A DNA stretch of 64,000 nt. Origin: Elsinoe ampelina (lineage: Eukaryota). The stretch lies in assembly GCA_010093995.1 (NCBI GenBank), contig ML992504.1, forward strand, positions 1,330,885 through 1,394,884, in the 5' to 3' direction. The translations under genes were made by a program, and so were the position numbers. Shown in pieces: positions 1-11,728 of the stretch. Each line of letters begins with the position of its first letter. Positions within the stretch are counted from its first letter, which is position 1. A model generated the notes under the pieces. The model saw only the letters and a list, made by a program, of their open reading frames with translations, had not been told where the DNA came from and did not search any database.

Positions 1-1014
1 ACGGGCGATGGCGACGTGTTCGACTGCTGCGGCGATGAAGGCGGCGATGGCGCCGCCGACTGACTTCATGAGGAGGCCAGTGTCGGGGACGGCTGGTTGT
101 TGGATGCCGTTGGCGTCAACTTCAGAAACGGAGAAAAGGTAGTCATCTTCGCCGCGGCCCTTGTTGACGGCGTAGCTGATACCGGTGTAGAGGACAAGGA
201 CGGTGAATGCTCGTGTAATGCCAATCAACCAAGCGATCTTGTTTGTCTTTCCCCATCGAGTGCCAATGTGTTGAAGACCACAAAGCAGGAGGATTGCTGA
301 TATTCCAACACCTGCGGCTCGTCCATTCGCTTCTGGTAGTTTGGCGAAGATGTCGTGGATGGTGTTGGCGATACCGTCACGAACGTCACTCTCGCCGAGG
401 AGGTTGTCAACCTGGCCGAGACCAATAGTGATGGCTGCGGCGGAGATGAAACCTGTGAGGACTGGCTCGGAGATGAACTCGAGAAGGAAGCCAAGTTTGA
501 GGAACCCCAGAATCATGCCGAACGCACCCATCCAGAAAGACACGGCGCCCGCAATTGCTTGTGGAGTGTACTCCCCTTGGAGCTGGTGCACCACCTTTGC
601 AGTAAGGAGACCGATAAGTGAGGTCGGACCGGTAGACAGATCTAGTAATGGTCAGTATGGTCAACATAATTGATTCTGGCGGGATGGATTACCTTTCGAT
701 GTGCCCATGAAGGCGTAGAGAGTTGCCGGCAACCAACTTGCCATGAGACCGTACTCAACAGGGATATCGGCAATCTGGGCATAGGCGAGGGATTGGGGAA
801 TCAACATGATACCCAAAGTTAGGCCAGCGACAACATCGCTGATGAGCCATCGTGGGTTGTATCGCGGAAGCCAGCCGACGATAGGGACCTTGTCGATCAA
901 GTACTCAAGCGCCCTCCGAGGGGCAGCTCGAGCTCCTCGTTGACCATAGATGCCGACTCGTTCCCAGGTGACATCGGTCTTGAAGGAATGTCTCACGTTG
1001 TCGATGAGCTTCAT
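1..1014 (-). CDS. SulP/SLC26 sulfate permease (5' part; runs off the window's left edge)
   Basis: ATG at 1014. WLPRYNPRWLISDVVAGLTLGIMLIPQSLAYA...YAFMGTSK|DLSTGPTSLIGLLT is the SulP N-terminal signature. Intron 692..642 (GTAAT..CTGAC..TAG) restores the frame. Confidence 0.9.
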
Positions 1015-3425
1015 GGTGTCTGTGGGGGCTTAAGGAAACAGAACGAGGAAAGAGAAGGACGACTCTGCCGTTGGAGAAGAGGGGATCCATCGAGCGGTAT
1101 ATTATACCGAAGGATGTCAATGGCGAGGGGTATTTGATGAGTGGCGCTAGAGCCAAGCGAGCAATTATGTGATGGTCCATAGAAAACATGCAGATCCTCT
1201 CACCTGTGACGAAGATACCCTGCAGGGTACATGATGACCTGGCACGCGGTCGATGGCGCTGAAGGAATGGCTATCTCGACCGTAGATGTCGGCACATTGA
1301 TGAAGCAGCCCTATCTGTCGCACCGAGCAGTAAACTAGAATCGGCAAGTGAAGGAGGACTGTGATCACACGCCCGACCAAACATACATCTACTACTCCTT
1401 TTGAAGTTAAAATGCCTTGCTCGGGCGATTCCCTGCCGCAGGTAAAGATGGTGTGGTAGTCTCCTGCCGATCATCAAGACTTGCCATAAGAGGTCGGGAA
1501 GGCGTCCAGGGTGCTCAACTGAGGAATGGACATTGCTGTTGACGTTGCGTGATAGAGTTGGTGGATACACTAAGCATGCAGATTGATGGATCAGCTTGGC
1601 ATGCACCAAACCATTACACCCGAGACAGACACATTCTACTATCAACGCAGTCGGCATGATATCAAAACAGACCGGAGAGTCAATTGATGGTGCTTCCCCA
1701 GATTGTGCTGCCACGAGGATACAGGATCGAGCGGCATGCCTGATGGTTCCCGTGAGACACCCCGCGCGTCGGCTAAAGCGAACGAGTGTCGAGACGTGCA
1801 AAGGTAGCATCGAAATGGAACTGAACGACGTTAGTCTAGTCGCCAAGAAGAAAGTTTGCCGGGTGTAGCGGGTGGCAGAGTCTTGTAGAGCTTGAGAAGA
1901 ACTTGGACTAGTGCCAAATCAAGGACAAGCTCGACAAGGCGATTTGCCAAATAACCCTGGGGATGCGGGGAAGAGGCGAATCAGATCATCCACACCGTGG
2001 CACCAGACATGATCAATAATAGTACCACTCTCCTTGTACATTCCGTGTTCCGCTGTTTTGTGGCTGGCCTGGGTGGTTCGACGGGCGAGCGGGCGTCTGG
2101 AGGTCAGCCAGAGTTGTATCAGTGAAGCCTCCGGCAGTCAAGCAATGTAACAGCCATATGAGTTGTGGTTAAAAGTATTGCCCGTGCGATTAGAGGTTTC
2201 GGCGAAAGGTCCCCGAAGCTCGATCGTACTGCCCAACCGAGAGTAGGGCAAGTTCGTGACGACTGCAGCTGGATCCACACTCTCAACTCTCCTTTTCAAC
2301 TTGGCTTTGTTCGACACAACCTTCATCATTCGGCCTAGCCACAGTGAGATCGTTGAGCTCGATGTATGCAGGCTGTAGAGCCATCACAACGTCCGAGACA
2401 TGGCCGTGATACGTGGTCGCCAAGTTGCCACGCAAGCAACGACAAGACTTATAAGAAGCGACAAGGCGCCGAGGCGATCTTGGGAAAGCAAGTCATGACA
2501 TGCTGTACCCTACTGAACCCTTGTATCTTATCGCCGGACGGATGCACTTCATTCCTCCAAATGACAGCAGATTAGCAACAGGGAGGAGGGCGTAGATATG
2601 TTTTCCGCCGACATCTGTGCTTCGCTGTGGCGACTGTATTACTCTTACATTGACAGTGGAGTCGGGTTCGGTAGTATTCGTGCCATACACAGTGTCCTGC
2701 AGAACTGCTGGCGAAAATCCTTGGTCGAGTTACTGCCGAACCCATATCGATCGCGCAATGAAGCTGAACCCTACTTCTACCATCCCACCTGTGCAGCTGT
2801 AGGCTGTGATTGAGAGGTGGGTCGTAAAGTGGTATGTGTGCATGGCCTGCATACGGTTGGCCTCTTCTTGAGAGCCTCGGGTGGCAATGGTACGTCAAGA
2901 GCGAGATCCACTCACTGCATCTGTGACAAGTCCGACCACCGATCCCGACTCTTACGCGGCCAGGAACATCTTTGCCGATGGAGCATGACAGTTTCCAGTG
3001 ACAATCGGGGTCCAAATTTAGACCAATCGGTAGTGTATACCATCCTTGCCTATATGACACTCTTCTATGCGCATGTATCCACTATTCGAATTTTGATTCA
3101 GCAATGGTTGATAGGGATATCCATCCCATTCACGGTGACGAGGTTTCTGCAGTGGTCGCGCCTCACTGACCAGCTAGTCGACGACCCGTTCCCTGATAGC
3201 GGACAAGGCTGAACATCGTCCTTATCGCTTTCGTTCTCCGTTGAGCTGGCTCGATCAAGGACAACTGTAGTGCTGCCTAGGGCCCTAGGGCTGGTCTGTA
3301 TCGAGCACAGCGCCATCAGACATGATCAAATGGGATGCCAGCTCTTAACCTTGTCGTTCTCGTTTAGGAACAACCCGGAGGCGGTTTTAACCTGGTATTC
3401 TGCTTGGGTAAACCGATGGTGTCTC

Positions 3426-3947
3426 TCATGTCGTTACTTGTTTTTGTCGGTGCTGGTCTTGTTGGGTGTCCACGTCTGTCAACTGCTTGAGTAGAGCGGC
3501 GATCTCTTGAGCTTGAGTGTCGACCTTGTCCTGCATATCGCTGACTTCGAGGGTGTTCAAGTGACCAAAGAGCCACATTTCTTGCATCTGACGGGTCAAA
3601 GCGAGAATCTCTTCGGCAGTGCGAACCTGATATGATGTGTCAGAGCAGAGGTGAAGATCCTGAAGGCTCGACTAACGAGGCCAGTTGTCTCGACTTGTAT
3701 GCGGTATTCCAACAGCGCTGTGGTATTTCGATCCGTACGCTTGATCTGAGTGCACTTTAGTCGTGGTCCACGGTCACGTGATCATGTAGGTAGTACTTCG
3801 GCCATCTCGACCAGATTCTCGAACCGCTTGATCAAGCTATTTCGAAGCTGATCGATCTTAGCTGCGTTCGAGTCAGTATCTTCGGCCTATGAGTAAATGA
3901 TACTGCATACAAAGCACGGCGGGGGTGTTCCTCGGAATGCCGTCCAT
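3426..3947 (-). CDS. MED22: Mediator subunit Med22/Srb6 (SURF5 family), 4 exons, about 123 aa; not in the ORF track
   Basis: Manual splicing of exons 3947-3911, 3861-3797, 3745-3677 and 3626-3426 gives MDGIPRNTPAVLSKIDQLRNSLIKRFENLVEMAE-IKRTDRNTTALLEYRIQVETTGL-VRTAEEILALTRQMQEMWLFGHLNTL. The VRxAExILxLTR..WLFG motif is typical of Med22. The three introns are canonical and about 50 nt. Confidence 0.8.
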
Positions 3948-4259
3948 GGCTGTTTGCGGAGACTTGAGGCTTGCCCTGTATTTATTCCCTCTCCGTCGTC
4001 CAACAACGACCTTGGAAGCGTGTCAAAACGGTCCCTCTTGTTCCAGGCAGCTATTATGATATGTGCGAGAAGGCAATGTAAGTGGTTGAGATAGATGAAA
4101 GTGAGGGTGAGTGGGGAAAGAAGATGCGGCTCTGTCTCACACGAGATGATCGTCAGGGCCGTTCAATTTTACTGACCCCTCCCCTTGTACTCACTTCATC
4201 ACATCATCTCAATACATAATGTTTCAATATCGACAGTACATACCATAAGATATCTCAGC

Positions 4260-5537
4260 ATGACAGCAGCTCCGTCCTACGTCGCCGTAAAGCGCAAGCG
4301 CGACGATGCGCCGATCCAGTCTCTCATCCTCGAAGAACGCAGAACAAAGCATGCTCGAGTCAACGTCGAGTACAAGCTGAAATCAGTGTCGCAAGCGTCG
4401 AATGAGCAGCCACAGAAACCGATAGAGTCAACAGCTCCAAGGGAGGAGGAGAAGGATAAGGAGGGCGGTGGCGCGACTGCGATTAGTACCCCATCAAAGA
4501 GTCCCTTTGTGAAGAAGACGGATACACTTGCACACAAGGCGATCAAGAACTCGGGTCCACGTCACTTCGAGCTTGCGACCGGAAAGAGGACCGCAGATAC
4601 TGCTGGTCTGCTACCTACCTTCATCGAGCGACCACTGAAGCGATCAAACGTCGAACTCGAGAGCCCGCCTGTACTAAAGACCACCCCTCTAAAGCGACCA
4701 GGCACAAAGAGCACACAAAAGAGCGCATCAAATGCTACGTCAGATCTCAAAGCACTCGGCCGAACCGAGCCTTCAGCCGCGCTCTCAGCCAAACTCAGCG
4801 CACTCGCCTTTGAAGAATCAGGGGAAGCAGCACCCAAGCCACGAGTGACCGTCCAACCACGACCCACCCCACGACGGCGCAGAGAGCCTGTCCCCGCCGC
4901 TCATCCCGCCTCAGACGACGACTACGTCTACGACATCTACATCCGCTCAGCCGCGACCCCTTCCCTACCCCCGGCACCAACGACTCCGAGCATTCACTCC
5001 ACCCCCTCCCCAACCACGCACACCCCGCTCCCACTCCCCACCGACTCCACCGCCCCCCGCTCCCTCACCTCCCTCCCCACCTCCCTCGCCTCCTTCTCAC
5101 CCACCCACCCGGACCCAGACGTAGGCTACCTCATCCTCCCCGACTCGTCCGAATCCTCGTACTTCTGGTCCTCGGACCCTCTGGCGACCAAACCCACCGC
5201 CGACTCGGACACCTCGGACGAAGGCGACGACGAAGACAGCAACGCCGAGGACTTTTACGCAAACGAGTACCCCGACGACGAGGTGGATGGGGAAGACGAG
5301 ATGGGACGGGGCGCGTACGGGTTCAGACACGGGCGAGGGAGCGAGGATGAAGATGAGTATGGCGATGATGGGTGGGGCGGGAGGAGGGGGGTCAGTGATG
5401 AGGATAGCGACGAGGATGCGGCGGGGGAGAATCCGTGGAAGAAGTTCATGGGGAGGGAGAGGAGGAGAATGGAGGAGGAGGAGGAGGAGGAGGAGGAGGA
5501 GGAGTTTGGGAGGCGGGGAGGGGGGGATAGTGATTGA
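4260..5537 (+). CDS. IWR1: Iwr1/SLC7A6OS RNA polymerase II nuclear import factor
   Basis: N-terminal VKRKR..P..SL motif, DYVYDIY, and the acidic DEDSNAEDFYANEYPDDE Iwr1 signature. ATG at 4260 preferred over the upstream TTG. Confidence 0.8.
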   Translation: MTAAPSYVAVKRKRDDAPIQSLILEERRTKHARVNVEYKLKSVSQASNEQPQKPIESTAPREEEKDKEGGGATAISTPSKSPFVKKTDTLAHKAIKNSGPRHFELATGKRTADTAGLLPTFIERPLKRSNVELESPPVLKTTPLKRPGTKSTQKSASNATSDLKALGRTEPSAALSAKLSALAFEESGEAAPKPRVTVQPRPTPRRRREPVPAAHPASDDDYVYDIYIRSAATPSLPPAPTTPSIHSTPSPTTHTPLPLPTDSTAPRSLTSLPTSLASFSPTHPDPDVGYLILPDSSESSYFWSSDPLATKPTADSDTSDEGDDEDSNAEDFYANEYPDDEVDGEDEMGRGAYGFRHGRGSEDEDEYGDDGWGGRRGVSDEDSDEDAAGENPWKKFMGRERRRMEEEEEEEEEEEFGRRGGGDSD

Positions 5538-5802
5538 CGAGTGCGAGGGGAGGGGATGGAGACGAGGAGGTTGTGGTGGTTGTATACTATCTGATCAGAA
5601 GAGGGTGCCGAATCGTGGATGATCGGCACGACTAGTCGCCCACCCCGCACCCTTATCTCTGTTTCTAAAGGTTCCAGAGAGGCAGGTGAATTGTAAATAC
5701 TTAATCCTCCTTGACGCCCACATCCTCCATTCTCTATCCCTCCTGATCGCCTCCCACGTCTGCTCGTAACCTCCTTCTCCTCCTCCCCGACTTCACCGCA
5801 AA

Positions 5803-6708
5803 ATGCCACCCGCATCCCTCATCGGCTCCCCCTCCAACTTCCACATCCTCCACGCAAACTACATCGACCTAACCCGCTCCCACCCTTCCCCACCACCACC
5901 CACCTCCATCCTCCTACCCACTCGCACCCATGGCGTCCAATTCGACCCGGCCAAAACCGCCCTCGTGATCATCGACATGCAGAACTTTTTCCTCTCCCCT
6001 GCACTAGGCCGGACGCAAGGCGCAGGCCACGCTGCCGCGAAGAAGCTGGAAGAGTTCACAATACCTGCCGCGAGAAAGACCGGGGTGAGGGTTGTGTGGT
6101 TGAATTGGGGTTTGACGGAGGAGGATTTGGAGACGATGCCGCCGAATGTGAAGAGGGCGTTTGGGGATGGGGGACGGGAGGTGGAGATTGAGGCTCAATT
6201 CGAGGAGGGGCTGGGTGATGCGGCGGGGTCGGGGAAGGATAAGAAGGTGTATAGAGGGATGGGGACGGAAATGGGGACGGTGGAGGCGGATGGTGAGAAG
6301 GTGGATGCCGGGAGGATGTTGATGCGGGATCAGTGGAACGCTGCCCTTTACCCGCCGTTGGACCGCATGTGGGAAGAGGGAAAGGGCTTGTCAAATCTTC
6401 CAGATGTGTGGATGTACAAGAACCGCATGAGCGGGATGTAGGGTGGTCCGGGAGTGTTTGAGGAGTTCCTGGAGAAGGAGGGTATCAAGACCTTGTTGTT
6501 TACAGGCGTCAATACTGACCAGTGCGTTGCTGGGACGTTGACCGATGCGTACAACAAAGGTTATGATTGCATCATGCTGGCGGATGGTTGCGGAACTACC
6601 AGTCCAAGTTGCGCGCAGGAAGGAATCGAGTACAATGCCGGACGGTCGTGGGGTTTCGTGACTGATTGCGAAGCCTTCGCAAAAGCCGCCGGCAAGTCTT
6701 CGAGCTGA
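5803..6708 (+). CDS. Isochorismatase-like cysteine hydrolase interrupted by one in-frame TAG (6439-6441); either edited/readthrough or a recent pseudogene
   Basis: TALVIIDMQNFFL, VVWLNWG, KNRMSGM*GG, TLLFTGVNTDQCVAGTLTDAY..GYDCIMLADGCGTTSP. ORFs 5803..6441 and 6454..6708 are in the same frame, separated only by the TAG. Confidence 0.8.
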
Positions 6709-6755
6709 GAAGCGACCTGTCGACAATGGATCGTCTCAAGAAAGCAGGAAAAAGC

Positions 6756-8135
6756 TCAACCTGAGACGAAGAAGCTCAGAAGACTGCCGACTGCAAGTCC
6801 GAGCACCAGACAAAGGCCCATGAATCCACCAGCAGCCTCTCTCTCCTCAGGCTCAACCCAGTCAGCAGCTCCCATCATACACGAGCTACCAATATACCCA
6901 TTCGAGATTCCGAACAATACCTGGACGATGGCCAGATAGAAAAAATCGCTCTTTATGACGGCACCTTTGCCTCCAATGTTGCATAGATAATACATGGGTA
7001 TCCAGACGAGCCGTAGAATCGCAAGTAGAAATAGAAGCATTGGTCGATGTGTGAGGAGAAGCTTCGGGTACGCCGTAAGTACACGACCGATAAGATCCCC
7101 GATATTCCACATGAGAAAAGCAAGAGGTACAAATGACGCTGGGTAGAGTATGCGAGGTGCCTCATCGATCGACGTGTTGCTCATTACTTTTTGTGTAAAG
7201 ACTGGAAACAGCATCGTGATGACAAAGGTGGCAAAGACGGCCGAGGCGAGCCAGAAGAGCTTGCGAGCAAGTATTCGAAAAGGCACTCTCTTCTTCGGAC
7301 CGGACGAGGTCGCGCGGTCAGAGCTAGCATCGTTGTGGACAGCGGCTTTAAGCTCTTCAGTGGCTCGACTTTTGACCAGGAAAGAGAAGGAGAAGAACGT
7401 CAAGACGGAAATGAGGATGGAGGTGGAAAAGTAGGCAAGGGCAGCTGTATCCGGGACGGGAGGTGCGTTTGGTACACTTCCTGGAGGCTCAGGGGGCTTG
7501 TCGCTGGTCTTTGCATCAGGCGATGCAGACGGAGACAGGGCAAGCACAAGCCCGATCTGAGCTACACATGGCAAGACTCCGGCGATGCCCTGTCCGACCA
7601 TGATACCTTGAGTGTATCTGCTCTGGCCAAATCCTGACACGAATGCGAAGATACCGTTCTGGAAGAAGCCCGTAGCCACACTGGTGGATAAGACCATGGC
7701 TATGATGAAGCCAAAGTAAGAAGATGCAGTGACTGAGGTGAAGACCTTGGTAGATATCGCGAGCAGGGTAAACACCACCGAGTTGAGCACCAACGCAACG
7801 AAGATGCGCCTGGAGTAGGAAGCGCCCTTCTGCATATTGGTAAGGACGAGCGTCATACCGAGTGTTCCCACGGTCGATGCAGACAGCTCAGCTGCCTGGA
7901 AATTCTTTGCAATCCATGCGCTTGAATGGAATCGCTGCTCCAAGTATGGTCCGGCGGCAAGGAACATGTTCCACGCCCAAAGCATCGATATCCCGAGGAG
8001 GACGAAGATAGAGTACTCAAGCCATGAGAAGGCCGGTCCAGCGACCGCGGATGGCCTTGCGTCTCCATCCTCTGGGATTCCATCATCGATCGCCTGATAT
8101 TCCTGTCTCCCAAACCATGCTCTTATGCGATCCAT
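6756..8135 (-). CDS. Equilibrative nucleoside transporter (ENT/Fun26-like)
   Basis: FVLLGISMLWAWNMFLAA, YTQGIMVGQGIAG, FLMWNIGDLIGR, FGISNGY, EREAAGGFMGL; about 11 hydrophobic segments; single exon. Confidence 0.9.
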   Translation of the reverse strand: MDRIRAWFGRQEYQAIDDGIPEDGDARPSAVAGPAFSWLEYSIFVLLGISMLWAWNMFLAAGPYLEQRFHSSAWIAKNFQAAELSASTVGTLGMTLVLTNMQKGASYSRRIFVALVLNSVVFTLLAISTKVFTSVTASSYFGFIIAMVLSTSVATGFFQNGIFAFVSGFGQSRYTQGIMVGQGIAGVLPCVAQIGLVLALSPSASPDAKTSDKPPEPPGSVPNAPPVPDTAALAYFSTSILISVLTFFSFSFLVKSRATEELKAAVHNDASSDRATSSGPKKRVPFRILARKLFWLASAVFATFVITMLFPVFTQKVMSNTSIDEAPRILYPASFVPLAFLMWNIGDLIGRVLTAYPKLLLTHRPMLLFLLAILRLVWIPMYYLCNIGGKGAVIKSDFFYLAIVQVLFGISNGYIGSSCMMGAADWVEPEEREAAGGFMGLCLVLGLAVGSLLSFFVSG

Positions 8136-9160
8136 CTTGGTGCAGTCCAACCCCACTGACTCTCGGACAGGGCGGACTCAAATTGCGAAACGGTGAGGTC
8201 AATCAAGCGGAGAATCAGCGATATGATTGCATATCGTCCACAATTTCCAGCGATCGCAGAATGTCGAGCCGGGTATGATGGAGTGTGATAGGGCGATGGT
8301 GTGTTGTCAGGAGATGGAAGAAGCTCACATGAGCATGTGGAGGCGATCGGGGTCCGGTCAGATCTTGGCGCGATCTGCCGTCTTGCGTGTGCCTTCCCTT
8401 TCCACTGCCCATCTTCCGCTCGCAACCTCTTCCATGATTGTTGTCTCACGCACTTGTGCCCAAAATTCATCAAGACATACATCAGGAGTCCAGACTATTG
8501 ACATTCGACCGGCAGATCAACCCAAGTTGGTGGAATCTCGTTCGGCCTTGCTCGCTCCGGGTTTAGTATCACTCCGTCTGCCGCAGTGAGGTAAGGCAGT
8601 CAGCTAAGGCCCGTGGCTTAGCGTTTACCACTCTCGATGCGGCTGCTTTTCTGGAAAACCATCCACAAATAGAAGAGCCTGTCATGAAGATCCGGGTCAA
8701 GGCCGGCCTGCGCAATGACGAGAGAGGCACCGACCTTGTGGGATCTGCATCACGGCACACTACCTGCTCTGAGACCTTGCGCCTGTATACCGGTACGTTC
8801 AGCGAGATTGCGCTGATCTATTTCCTGCTCTTTACTAGATCTTGTCATGAGGTAAGTCCTCTCTTGGTGTCGCCTTGCTTACCGGAGGATGGTTGTTGTT
8901 CCGCATATAATAGATCAACATGCAAGTCATTTGCAAACATGCTTCATCCAAGATCGACTCTATTTCGACACCCAAAGCAGATTAGCTTTCCAATATAATC
9001 CTTCACCAGTTCGGTCACAACAGACAGCCTCATTCAGCTATACCGCATTGTACCAGTCTTCCGAACAATATCTCGGCACACCAACACACTACCACGGTCC
9101 TGACTTCACCGCCCATCCTTTGGTAACCCGTACGGCTATATCTCAACGCAGTCAGTCATA

Positions 9161-10069
9161 ATGTCCACTCCACTGCCAACAAATTCACCTTTCGCCTCGT
9201 CGAACTCATCAATCGCTTCATCGTCCAAGGATCAGGCCTCGGGAAGCCGCATATCGACCTCGTCCAGAGCTAGATCGAAGTCGCCTTCTGGCACTAACAT
9301 GTCTACCACTACGACTACCATGACGGACACCCTTCCTCCGTATCGAGCTCCTTCATATCAACCACCCACATACATCCTCACACCTTCAGGCCGTTTCCTC
9401 GATCTTGTCCTCCGCACGTCGAAGAGCACAGAATATTATCTGTCAGTACTTACTGGCCACGATCCACCACTTCTCCTCCGGGCTGGACCTTCTCCTTCAT
9501 CTCCGATAGTCGGGGCTCTCCGCTTCGGCAAGTTCCCAGACGGACAGCTTTGTCTGGGTGACCCGCTAGGATCGTCCAATGCTCGATGGACACCATGGGC
9601 ACGAGAACTTGGCTTCAAGACATTTTCCTTCTCCGTCCCAGGACCAAATGGCGGCGCTTCCGGCTCGAGAAGGTTACGGTGGGAGAAGTCACGTTCCCGC
9701 AAGCACGGTCTTGCCACTCTCGGCAGGACGAAGGGTTGGGTCCTCCGGAACCTTGACACAGACGAGATTCTCGCTTCGTTCAAACAAGAGCAAGTCGGTG
9801 TTGGCAAGCCTGGCGAGAAAGTTGGGGAGCTTAAGTGGTTTAGCGATGTGACTTCTGACGAGGAAGTCGGTAGTACGATGGTACTGGTCGGAATGTGGTT
9901 CCGAATGAGCCAGCTTGAGATTGGCGGTGATTATGAGCGAGTTGTCGCGGCACAGGAGGGCAAAGGAAAGGAGAATGTTGACCGAGTGCATGAGGAGATG
10001 GGCGGCTTGTCTGGAGCATTATTTGGTCAGACCAATGCGTTTGTCGGCGGTGCAACAGACCGGCGGTAG
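9161..10069 (+). CDS. Uncharacterised fungal protein (beta-rich, DUF6593/tubby-like appearance)
   Basis: 302-aa ORF with a Ser/Thr-rich N-terminus, then L..GP...SP.VG, FSFSV...LRW and EILASF...VGELKW patterns seen in fungal hypothetical families. Family assignment is tentative. Confidence 0.55.
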   Translation: MSTPLPTNSPFASSNSSIASSSKDQASGSRISTSSRARSKSPSGTNMSTTTTTMTDTLPPYRAPSYQPPTYILTPSGRFLDLVLRTSKSTEYYLSVLTGHDPPLLLRAGPSPSSPIVGALRFGKFPDGQLCLGDPLGSSNARWTPWARELGFKTFSFSVPGPNGGASGSRRLRWEKSRSRKHGLATLGRTKGWVLRNLDTDEILASFKQEQVGVGKPGEKVGELKWFSDVTSDEEVGSTMVLVGMWFRMSQLEIGGDYERVVAAQEGKGKENVDRVHEEMGGLSGALFGQTNAFVGGATDRR

Positions 10070-10294
10070 CACATGATTTACGCTAACGACGTGACGACAA
10101 GAAACATCGACAGGATTTGTATATAGCAATGATTACGATCACTTTCCGGTCATACAGTCCAAGTATAAAAAGTGCACACAGAGCACAGTAAACTTAATTG
10201 ATCACGTGCTTTCGCGACAAAGCAAATCCGCGTTCATCGGGTCTTCCTTCGCCATATACATTTCTTCAAAGGGATTCACAAATACGCGCACGAC

Positions 10295-10954
10295 ATGTCG
10301 CAACCACCGCTCACTCTCATTGTAGCAGCAACGACCAAAAATGGCATTGGCAAAGGCGGTGGACTGCCATGGCCTATGTTAAAGAAGGAAATGGCATATT
10401 TTGCCCGTGTCACGAAGCGCGTGCCGAAAGCACTGCATCCCCAATCTGATACCAGCAAGAAGGTCCAGAATGTGGTCATTATGGGTAGAAAGACCTGGGA
10501 CAGTATCCCACCCAAGCTGCGACCTCTCAAGGAGCGGATCAACATTATCATCACGAGGCAAAGTCTCGACAGCTTCGCCACATCGCACAAGGATGTCATA
10601 GTCGCAGGCAGCATCGAGGACGGTATTGCTCAACTCGCGAACAAGACGTCTGATGATGCTGCGGTTTCGCCAGGACGGTACTACATCATTGGCGGATCGA
10701 GCATCTATGAGGCAGCGCTGAGATTGCCAAATCGCAAAAACATCCTCCTCACACGGATACAGAAGGAATATGATTGCGACACATCCTTCCCTATCAATCT
10801 TGATAGTGACAAGGCTACCGGTGAAGGATGGAAGAAGAAAAGTAATGCCGAATTAAGCAACTTTGTCGAGGAAGACGTGGAAGACCAGGATATGGAGGAG
10901 ACTGCGGGAGATGAAGAGGTCCGATATCGTTTCACGCTGTACGAACAAGAGTAA
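10295..10954 (+). CDS. DFR1: Dihydrofolate reductase
   Basis: LIVAATTKNGIGKGGGLPWPMLKKEMAYF, NVVIMGRKTWDSIPPKLRPLKERINIII, IIGGSSIY, YDCDTSFP. Confidence 0.97.
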   Translation: MSQPPLTLIVAATTKNGIGKGGGLPWPMLKKEMAYFARVTKRVPKALHPQSDTSKKVQNVVIMGRKTWDSIPPKLRPLKERINIIITRQSLDSFATSHKDVIVAGSIEDGIAQLANKTSDDAAVSPGRYYIIGGSSIYEAALRLPNRKNILLTRIQKEYDCDTSFPINLDSDKATGEGWKKKSNAELSNFVEEDVEDQDMEETAGDEEVRYRFTLYEQE

Positions 10955-11728
10955 CCAACAACTACGAATGATCACAATGAATGTTACGGTTCATTTTCGT
11001 CTGGCTTGACCGTGGCTGTTCTGCTCTGTTGCGCTGGCTGTCTTGCTGCACTCGAGTCGCAGTCATCATCGGCGTGGAAGGCTGGACCTCGGCACAAGGT
11101 CGACAACCAGGACATTTCCCCACAAAGTCCCGGAGGCCCCAAAAATGCCAAGCGTCATGCAGCCTTCACATGCCGAAACCGAAAGAGGAAGCAAAAGGCT
11201 AGACCGACGTCACCTGCCAGGAGCATTTTTGGGGAAGCAATGCAGGGGAGACGACTCCGACAGGCATTGAGAGGCTACATTGACATGAATGAGAGATGCT
11301 ACTGCTTCTCAAAAACATTCAGACAATCAATTGACCACCAAAACTCATCCCTCGGTCCATGACTTCCCCAGATTCTCCAGCATTGTGAGATGAACATCTG
11401 AGCGTTTCCCCTCGTCCCGTCATTCTCCGAGGTACAGCTCCATCCGTCCAGCCTGGAGCTCGGTCAGTTGACTCAAATTTCTGGAACAATTAAACAGAGC
11501 CGCTGTGCCCACTGACAATTCAATTCTTTACTCTTTGTATTTTGCTTCTGTACATCTGCGACTATTACCTTGAATCTCCGCTCAGCCAGGTCGCCAATCC
11601 ATCTCTACCCCGCGTCGTCACAGCAAGTGTCAACAAGGAGAACATCCACGCCCGCAACCCATTGCTTCTTGTACAGGACACTGAGAGCATCACACGAGCA
11701 AACATAGCCAGTGCATGACACGACCAAC

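Noticed and set aside
1100..3400. Several 60-190 aa ORFs upstream of the sulfate permease
   Set aside because: No recognisable domains or consistent splice model; treated as promoter/intergenic. I also found no convincing ATGRYRYCAT (CYS-3/MetR) site by eye.
5471..5503. (GAG)n microsatellite
   Set aside because: Simple coding poly-Glu tract in the acidic tail of IWR1; ordinary.
6439..6441. Genome-wide UAG reassignment
   Set aside because: Calmodulin, RPL43, SFC1 and PDCD5 end at TAG exactly at their expected C-termini.
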